From Phoronis australis (Eukaryota; Animalia; Phoronida), in contig NMRA01000033.1 in assembly GCA_002633005.1 (NCBI GenBank), positions 1,354,797-1,418,796 of the forward strand: DNA of 64,000 bases, in the 5' to 3' direction. The notes beneath the pieces were generated by a model that did not search any database, was not told the DNA's origin, and saw only the letters and a list, made by a program, of their open reading frames with translations. A program made the translations under genes and the position numbers. Below, piece by piece: positions 40,601 to 51,400 of the stretch. Within the stretch, counting starts at the first letter, position 1. Each line of letters begins with the position of its first letter.

Positions 40601-43600
40601 CATTCATACTTTTCTTGATGTTATCGTGCTACGTCAAAGCTTGCCCCATGGCGTGACCGATTGAATAAAATTTGCCTAGCACAACAACGGAAGTGCGTAT
40701 TGCAAACACGTACTGCTTATTTAAGCGTCAGGTACATGTATACGACGAATGGGTATTCCATTTCCCTTTTATATGTATTTTACTGTGTATATCTTGTGCA
40801 AAATTTGTCTTATAAATCTCTCTATGACGTATAAATTTAAACAACTCAATACGTGTTGTGTTGTGCTGTGTTTGGTATTTAACTCGGCGATGTAGATCTA
40901 ATTTATTCTGGTGCTGTATATCGCGAATAGATGAGAGCACGGTGACATAAAACAGAATGATTTGGATGTATTACATTGTTGCTTGTGGCGTTGTCCCGCA
41001 TTGAAGAACGATTTGTACGGTCGCACCAGTCATTGTTGTGGCCGACCTTGTAATGTCTTGTGCCGAAATCTCTATTAGTCTTCTAAAGGGTGATAACGAA
41101 TGTAACAGAATGATGACGATGAATCTGAAACAAGTTATATGTTGTTCAGATAAGCAGAGCATGGTGCAGAATACATCATCCTTGGCTTACGTGCGTACAC
41201 AGCAGCTCCCTCACTTGGCGCTCACGTTCATTTGTAGCTTCTGTTCTAAACGCTTGTCGTCTCGTTACCCTGAGTATCTAGTAGACGATGACTATGAAAA
41301 ACATTTTTCAACTTGCTTTGGAGAGGACCAAGATTGCAATAATAGAAAGAGCAAGATAGTAATAAAATAATGACATAAAAGATGCTCCGTGTCGGGGAAT
41401 CGAACCCCGGTCTCCCGCGTGACAGGCGGGGATACTCACCACTATACTAACACGGATAGAATGCTCAGTAATTTACACTCTTGAGATATAAACGAGAGCG
41501 CTCGGAGGAGCGACACTTGGCGGAACTAATCGAAAAGACGACGATGAGGGAGACGACGACAATCAAGACGATCAAGGCGTTAATTATGAATAACACGATA
41601 ACACGATAACATTCATGTGACTAGCGAACAAATCAAATAGAGAGCAGACAATCAACTACAATAAAGAACAATAGATGGCCCAGCATGACGGACGAGTCAT
41701 GTCTGTTCCCACATTCAAAAATAGATGGCGCTACGTGACAGTCTGCAAAGCAAAGTTATGTTTACAATAAGTATTTGCCCTGGAACTGTACGAGCTATGC
41801 CACAGTAGGACACTGCTGGCTGGGTCAGTCTGGGTCAACTAGGCATAATCAAAACAAAGTGAACTGAAAGCCAGCCTGTGACCGAAGGNAATAAACTAGG
41901 GAATCTCAAGCGAAACAACGCAATGGGCTGTCAGGCACCAGTTGTCGCGAAAGAATATTAAATATAAATAAATTTTACGAAATATTCTTAAATGACCTAA
42001 ACGACTGCCGTAAAACTTTACAATGGGTCTCTCACGTGACCGGCGAGATACTCACCGCTTAAACATGGATTTAATGGTTCGGGAAGCTCGACGAGACCCT
42101 GGGAGTAATACATTATTGTCCTAGGTTGTGGTGCAACTACTACTTCAACGAGCATGTTACAGGTGATGACAGTGCACAAATTATCTGATGTGAAAACATA
42201 TCCTATTTTGTAAGACCATTCCTATTATGAATCCAAATTCCTTTAAAAGATTCCGCCTGATTTTAATTCCGTGCTAAAGTGATAAAATCAACTTGTTATT
42301 ACGAGGGATGCAAGGTTGTCTTTGTAATTTGGCAAACAGATTTCGCCAGTGATGAAAGTTTGGTCATTTTTGGCATGGACTGCAAGTGTATGCTGTGTTT
42401 ATCCCTCTGTTTATTCATTTATGCACTCTGTTTATACTTGATATGAATTGTAAACCCGGCTGTCTTGGAGCGTTGTGGTGTACACTCATTCACCACAGAT
42501 GTTCTGCTCATATTTGTGTTAGAAAAACTAAAAGATCTGTAAAGCCGCCTACACCAGGAGGTTATACGACTTGGTATATAAATAAATAAAAATTGATATC
42601 TCCGTGTCGGGGAATCGAACCCCGGTCTCCCGCGTGACAGGCGGGGATACTCACCACTATACTAACACGGATTATATTATAATATCTGTCTAAATGTATT
42701 TATGGACGATAGAACTGATACCGTAACTTATCTCCACAGAAGCATCTGCCTTCCTAAAGTTTTACACGTACCGGCCCGCAGTTCACTACTAACCGTTGTA
42801 GCCTGATTTGCCGTACATCCTATAAGGAAAATTGTGATTGACAGAAATTACGGATTAATAAATGATTGTTTACTAGCTGTCTCACTGGTTGATACTCTAG
42901 TCGACGTTTGTGCACTTGGTCTTGATGATTTCTTCTTTAGATCTATAACTTTCGAACAAATTTCGGTGATACCTCGACTTCCGGCCGTTTTTGCTTTTGC
43001 CCGTAATCCGCTGTTTGGCGGATGGAGTGCATCACTTTAAAAATGATGTCGGGTTATGAATTTCTCATGGAAGCCGGTTTTGTGACATTACAATTCATGA
43101 CACAAGCGGAGTAAGTGCATTGTTGAACATGCCTCTGGGCTCCGCGAAGAGAAATTTGACGGATTATCTGCGTGTATACCAATGCATATTTATTCGGTCA
43201 CGGACGTTTTTGCACGTCTAGGAGCCTGTGTACGAACGTTAAGTGGGGACCAGCAGCAGCTCGGTGCTGACGGCCTGGTCACAAAACTCATAGACATGTA
43301 CCCTATTCCACATAGTTGCCACCCTATCATGAGCGATCAATGCGATGCCTAGTGGCCCGTTTTATCGAAGGTCGTTTATATATAAGCAATTAGCAAAAAT
43401 TCAGCGTCGATCCCCTTCTTCAAAAAGTCAGTTTTCACTATGAAACTCTAACATGGATAAATAATTGATTCGATTGTGTTTTATATCAACAAAACACTAA
43501 CTTCGTGTCGAAATATTCAACTCCGTTCTGCCGCCGGACAGAGAATACCCAGGGAATATACACCCACTAAGACGGATGCCTTGCTCGTTCAGACAAATAG

Positions 43601-43697
43601 GCGACGAGAATGATTTTCGAAGCATTCAACGACTTTGACAGCTGATATCTCATTAAAAGTACAAAGAAGATTTTGCAGAGTAAAATAAAAAATCTAA

Positions 43698-43787
<90 letters not shown>

Positions 43788-46700
43788 ATGGGTAAACTAA
43801 CGTAGTGCACGTAACCAACTTTTCTGCGACACAGAGAAAATTCGTGTCAAGAAATACTGCTTCTGCTCACTGATGCTTGCTTGATCACATTACTCGGAGG
43901 TTGATGATGCGTGCACCCTGGAGTTCTTTGTGGCAATGAAATTCATGAAATTGAGAAAATAAACTCATTTGGGTTCTTCGTTATTACACCAGCGATCAAC
44001 GCCACGGGAGCGCTTGTGGATTTATATGGTATTGTAGTCCAATGTGTTTCAACAAAGGTCTTTGCAACAATTGTTTGTCACTGACGTCATTACCAGAAAG
44101 CTATGGCACCGGATTTTTTCAAAAGGGCACCACTGTGTTAAATGAACCATTGGTTTCAATTGTTGCTCATAGGTTCTCATCTCCACCAAATTGGAGAGGG
44201 TGTGTTATTTTATATAGGTTTTGTTATACATTTGTTGCCTCAAACAGAGGACTGATGTATGTACACCGATTTACGACGAGTTGTAAATATATACGGAAGA
44301 CAAATATGAAATACAAAAGAAGGTTTACAAGTTGTCATGGAAGACATTGTTACCCTAAAATCGTTCGCTATCAGTATACGTCACTGAATACACTGATCAT
44401 TTAATGACCCCCTCTTTACACCTTTAAACCATTTCAATGGTGATTCAAAGTCCCGTAAAACGACCAAAGAATGACAACTTGTCTTCTCATGTTGATCTAT
44501 TTACGCTGAATTACATAAGGGGAACAATCAGGTTTGAATACTGACCGAGATTTGCGGTCCCTAACTGTACACCGTAAGTGTTCGAATTCCCAAGAAGTCA
44601 CAGCTTTGACTTAACTCTCGCCAACGTGAGCTAATACTGTACGTTTACTTGAACGTCGTCAAAGACATTCGTGATTGTTCGCCGGATTAATGTATTATTA
44701 ATTGACGTGAATGCCTTGAGTTTCACATGTAATGGCACTGTCGGAAGAGTCGTTTGGTGTCAAATGGTATTTTGATATTTTGATATTGGAAGAGCGTACA
44801 TGACAGTACGCCGGATATCCATAGCTGCTTGCAGAGTTGAGAGATAAACTTTTTCCAGTTCCGATTTCTTCTGTTTGCTTTGGTCGAATGCTAACTTGCT
44901 CTGGTGAATAAGAGTTCTGTTATAGTGGCACAGCCGTACGGAAAACGTTGGAATATTCTCATTACTGTTTACACAAGACAACTTAAAGACCGAGGCAGTT
45001 GATTAAACGAGTTGATTAAACGCGATTTGAGACTGACTAGCTGCTCTTCGCTTGAAACTGTATTGGTATCAAACTTACAGTGCAACCATACCTGTATTGT
45101 GGAAAGTTTGCCTAGAAGAGGATAACATCTCGTTGCTAAGCGACAGAGGGGGAAATCATGGAGATCATTTGACAGCGTGTGACAAGTGTTGACCGGAACA
45201 TTAATTGGTTTAGAGTGTGGATAATCTGTATAAAAATTGCATTTTGGTCACGTGACATGTGTAATAGTAACAGTGACGTAGAGGGTAACTGGATTCCGGG
45301 ACATGAGACGTGCTTTTGTGACGTGAAATTGCCAAGTATAGAGAGAAAGCTTCTCAAGGATCTAGATTTATTGAAAAAGAGATTGAGAGGCTTGTAAGTG
45401 GAAAAACCAGTCAATGTTTAATTCATTGATCCAATAGCTCTATCAAATTATAACAAGTTTCACAACGCTTACACACAGTGTTTCGTATCTATGGTCAGCA
45501 CAATGGAAGTAAACAGTGAAGAGAACACCGCCAAACTGGTTCGCGAAAATTAAAAATCAAAGCAGTTTACCGATTATGAAACGACTCTAATGAATGAACC
45601 AATTCTTTGTTAATCAAGCAAAAATCCATGAAGCAAGATATGCTTGAATAAGTGCCAACATTTGTTATCACACTTCTAATATCATTAATTCTTCTTGTAG
45701 TTCATAAAACGAAAATCCTTCAGAGTTCATAAAGTGATTTTATAGGTTATTATGTGGTCTCTTTAACTACGGATAATATATTTGAGTTTGGATTTTACAG
45801 TATAGAAGTAGCATTTGCTCCCATTGTTCTGTTTGATGGCGAATTACATACGTATTGACATGGGCTTTATTAGATTAAATAATTTCAACAAATAAAAATT
45901 CATAAATAAAAAAGTGACAAATGTCATGGCAACGGTGTCTAACACGCTCTTCGCTGTTCTAACAGTTTGAATATCACACCGGGTTCTATTTCTTCGAGGA
46001 TATGTTCATGCTAGTTAGTTGTCGCTCATCGCTCTTTCGAAAACACTTGCAGTATAGGCACAGGGTACAGTCCGCTTCTGTTATATATTCGTCGAGGTAA
46101 ATTCTTGGCTTATCAGTGTTCTGTTGCTTTCCTAATTAGCAACGACTGGAGTTATTTTTGACTGTTTTGGAGTCGTATGTGGTCTAGTTAAAAACCAATT
46201 CAAACGAATTACTGTTTAATGACTTGTTTTATTGTTTTGCCTCCTCAAGCAGATCCTACGTGTTGGCCTACTGATGAATTAACCAATACAAAAAATCATT
46301 GTTTGTAATCAATTCACTTTGTTCAATTCATCGTGATTTATGTTTTACTGTGTTGTATATTCCACTACATTGCATGGGACTGCGTTCTCAGTTTGGGTAA
46401 TCTTACTTTAATGTATCTGCAGCCTTTCGAGGTCTGCCATTTGTAACCATTGCATTCGTTGTTTCAGAAATGCGTTTTGAATCTGAATACGAATTGAAAG
46501 TTCATGTGTCATGCGCGCACCCAGCCTTAAATATAGAGAGCTCGAAGTCTTCGATATGCGGACTTTTTACTGAGAAATATCAACGAAGACTAAAAAAACC
46601 GGGGCCACTAGGTTCAGACCTGCCAATCGTGCATCCGCGCCAAATTCCTTTGGACTGCGGACTTTTGTCTCGTTTACTCGGTCTTTTTGTTTCACTGAAG

Positions 46701-48426
46701 CGGACCTTTTTGCCAACTTCGCTAAATTGGGGGGTTTGCTCGAGCCCCCTGGATGCGCCCATTTGTGAAAGCAATTAGATGGTGATCTGCGTTGGTTTCA
46801 TTTTTATGCCGCTTTTTGTTGTAGTTCAAGGCCAGAGAAGAGAAGTTCTATTGCAGACGAAAAACTACAGAAACTATCTACCAATGGATCGCTTGTTGCT
46901 TCAAACAGACACAAGGAGGAGAGGTCGAGAAGAAAAAACACAGAAAAACGGAAGAGTGGGTACCAATCATTGCCCCCACCCAAACGTCAGACAGGTATAT
47001 TCTCCTTTAGACGATGACCGCCAGATATGTAAGATTCCCACTGAAACCGCGGCAACTGTGTGAACTTGCGCAAACAAAATGCTGAGATACAGCGGGTACG
47101 TGCGTTAGTCGGCAGAGATGCCGTTCTTGCCATTACGATGTAGGTCTATTATAGTATAGTTTTCAGTCATTCTTTCTGTTCCTGCTTTGAACTTGAACGT
47201 AAAATATTACAAGTGGTCCCAAAATGAGTGGGCCTCTTTCCGTTTACAAAATGTTGTTTCTGTACCGGCAATATGCGTAGGCACTTTCTTTACACTTCGC
47301 CTTCTTTGCAGAAGTGGAAGATTCTCGCCAAGTGTCGTCTGCTCCAACAGACAAGCAGGCGGATGAGCCCGCTGCACGCGCTCTACCCAAACTAAACACA
47401 CTGGTTAAAGGGAAATACGAAATTCAGTATGACCGCACTCTGCGAACGAAGCAACCCACTCAGGCTAGCACTAAACGTAAGTAGTTAGAACACGTTATGA
47501 ATAATCTTCGTATCAACACAAATTAGCCCCTACTCTGGTCTGGAAGCAATAACTCTTTAATTGCAGGTGAATGATACACGAACTTTAAATGCGATAAGTT
47601 ATTGCCACAGCAAATTGAAGGATGTTTTGTGCTGTTATAAAGCAATACCTACCTAGTGAATGTTTTTCAGTGGACAACGGTTCGTATTTTAACTAAGATG
47701 TTTATCGTTATTATGAACAGACGTGTGAAAGTTAAGTTGCCATTGACCACGCAACAATTTAAAATACATCGTCATTCAGGCTAAACCCGACACCAAGGGG
47801 TGCTTTTCAGTCACATTATTCGTCAGCTGACTACGTTTAGAAGGGTGTGATAGGCGCAGGATGTGTTATGCAGTTTTAACGTCTGCCGACACTCTTTTAA
47901 TGGAAAAGACTTATACACACATAGTTTCATATTGCTTAATAACAGAGGAAACGGTTAAGCTAGTTTTTGTTGTTTTTAACCGGGCATGTTTAATTCATTG
48001 CAGCGCCCAGTCAACCGAAGACATCTTCATCTAAGCACATCGCTGACCCTGAGCTGGGGACCGCCTGGGCCACAAGCCGTGCCAAGGATCAACCGGCCTC
48101 GCAGATACCAGCAAGGTATGACACTGAAAACCAAGCAGCTCTTGTCTGTTGGTGTGGTCTAAATACACAACTTAAGTTTGGCTATTTCCATAGATATTTC
48201 GTTTCTATGGCATTTTTTCAAACACATGAACGAATGTCTAATGTCACACTTTAGTCTCAAAGATAGTGACCGAGCTGAATTCACGGCGAGATTACGGTGT
48301 ATCATATAGTTTGCATTGAGGTGCTTTCTTCTCTTCCTTTTTCTTGTGATCATTAGCATTGTTATTGTTGTTGTTGTTGTTGTTGTTGTTGCAGTTGTTA
48401 TTGTTGTTGCTGTTGTTGTTGTTGTT

Positions 48427-48482
<56 letters not shown>

Positions 48483-51400
48483 ATACTTACTTCGAAACTG
48501 TTTTGATATTAACTGTGAGATCTTCACAGTGCAAAAATGTCTAAAAAAACTACAAATTGTTTCTGAGATAATTATTAATATCGAGCGAACTTCCACAAAA
48601 TATTATAAACACGGCTGGGAAATTTCATTTAATTTTTGTTTGTGTTTGTATTGAACAGCAAAGAACTGCGAAACGCAGGAGCGGTGTCTCAGGCAAACGG
48701 AACAATAAACAAAAAGATGCCATCCTGCTCACGGAGCGACAATGACCGAACTGCCGAAAAATCATCATCGCCCACAAAGACAAAATCGACCACAGAATCG
48801 ACGCCGCCTACGAAATCAGCAACTCAGTCAAAAAGCGATGATAAATTACAACAGGATTTAAAGCAATCTCCTGCGCAATCTTCATCAAAAAATGGTGCTT
48901 CAGTGATCGTAAATGGTGACCAACCAAAACTTGACTCGAAGAAGAGAACGTCATTTTTACTCAGTGCTAATACCCATAAAGAGTATGATGGGAAATTCAA
49001 CGGCAATAATACGAATGTGCAGAAGAAAAGTTCGGTGACTAAGCGGAGTAATACATTTAACTATAATCCCAAACCGCGTGCAAGTACGCCACGTTCGAAA
49101 GAAAGCGATCATAATAACAACAACGTGAACAAATCTAATATTAATAAGAACAGAAGTCGGACATTTTCTGAAATGCCTTCGAACCACCGCTCCAATACAA
49201 AGGCCAGTTTGCAATCTCGAGTGGCACCTTACGACAGCTTATCTCTGTCTGGAGAAAATCCGTACACGTCTGAAATTCAGAACGTAATAGACAAACTGAA
49301 GAAGAAAGTATCGGAAAATAAAAACAATAAGAGTAAAAATGTCGACGAAAAAACGAAAAACATCCCTCCTTGGCACCGGAAAGAATACATTTTAAGCAAA
49401 AACGAAACAAGGACGTATCGCAATATTCACGCAGTTTATGGAGCAGCGAACAAAAACTTGCGCTTAAAGCGACAGAAGACATTTCTTGACAAACTCGAAC
49501 AAGTTCAGTTGGAAGACGCGAAACGTCACAACGAGGAACTCCGCAAAAAGGAACTGCGGAAAGTAGAATCTAAAACAATACAACAAAAACAACTGAAACG
49601 TGCCAGGCAAAGATTTGAAGATGAACGGACTAAGAGGTTTAAAACGCAATGGGTAACGTCCAAAGTACTTGAGTACGAAAAAATGAATCGATTTCAATAC
49701 GGATTACCAGAAGATCTCAACGATGAGACACAGTATGAGTCTAAGCTCAAGAGAAGGAAATCATCCTTGAAACCATTCAAATCTGCCGCCAATCGAGTGA
49801 AAAATATGAAAAAATTCAGTGCCATGTTCGCAGAATTGTCAGCACCCAGATGGGATCCTAATGCCAAACCTCCAAAGATGGACGGCATCGATACTGTGGA
49901 ATTGGATACCGTCGTAGGGTCAGGTATGCAAGAAAAGTTTCCTGTGAATAATACCATTGAAGATCATATGTTTATGATGTCAAATGCTTTCCAAAATGTT
50001 CGCTTCTAAGATTTTAGTTTAGTCGGAAAATTGAGAAGTTGGTATTAACATTTGGATAGAAGGAATTCTTGATCTGTTTAAAGCCTAAGACGATGGGTGA
50101 GATTTGTGTGTCAAAAGCTCCCAATCAGATTATACCTTTTAAGGAGGGTGAAAACACTGAAATTAGTGTTTTTGAGAATTTCTGAATTTTTATATTGTAT
50201 AAATGATTGTTTATTTACGTGTTTGTGACAAAATGAACTTGACATGAAAAGTGCATAGATGTCATTTTAACTACATCTCTGAAAATTCCTTTCCCTATAG
50301 GGTTCCTCAACAGGCTTGAATGATAGCTCACAGTAGGAATCTGGGAGCTTAGACCACAAATTGGCCAATTATAACACCAAACACAAAGCCTTTGTGTCAA
50401 AATGCCCAACAGACCAATCAGACATTGGATTTGGGTCTGAGAAGCATTCAAATCAGGAGCGCCGAATTTTGATAATCTTTGCCATAGACATCTTGTCCAC
50501 TAAAAAGGCAAAGACCATAGACATCTTGTGATGTCTATGGTCTTTGCCTTTTTAGTGGACTTTTATCTCGTTTTCTACTTTTTTGGAGTTTTTGTTTCTC
50601 TGGGACCGACCTTTTTGCCCACTTCGCCACATGGGGGCGGGGCACCTGGGTGCGCGCATGCATATGTTGCAATACACCAACTGAAAAGATGGTTATTTTG
50701 CAATAATGTGCCATCTGGTGTCTTTTTACCATTTTCAGTAAAACTGGAGCACTATATGTACAGATTTTCTATGAAAGCTGACCAAAAGTAGCACATGATA
50801 ACTGCAAAAAACTTTAAAGACGTTTATCTCAGTTCAATATTTCACAGTAGTGGCACAACGCTCAAGTTTATTTCTCAGCTCAATTTTTGCTGAATAAAAA
50901 CAATTGAAATCTAATACAAATGAACTTCAGGGATTTTATTTAAATTGATTTTAACTTGCGCTATTTTGATATGAAGTTGGAATTTTAACTAAATATTGTG
51001 TATTTGACAAATCTCAAAAACAAAGTACAGAAAACAGTTTTTTGATAATGTCTTTATGGTCCCAATTGTGTATTGGAGACTTAAATAAAACTATTGGAAG
51101 ATTTTGAAATCTGTGACAGCATTTTTTGGAAAAGCTATCAAGAAAAAATGAGCTTTGTGGGAAAATTTAAATATGTTTTTTATTAAAAAAACTGGTCACT
51201 CAAAAACAAATTTCTTTGCTTTTTCTCAAGTTTTTGGTCATATTAAAGTTTACACATTTTAAAGAGGAACATAGAAAAACAAACAGTGCATCTACCTCCC
51301 TTAAAAGGATACTAAACCTTGTTTTCGTGATTTCAATCTGCCAGGTGCTAATGCATTAATGACGTCACACATCAGTGATAAAAGCAGAATTCAAGTAAAA

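Noticed and set aside
48359-48544. Poly-Leu ORF
   Set aside because: Intronic (TTG)n microsatellite.
50137-51304. Kolobok-like element with TTAA TSD
   Set aside because: Terminal similarity (ttaaggagggt / acctcccttaa) is too short and imperfect to call without other copies.
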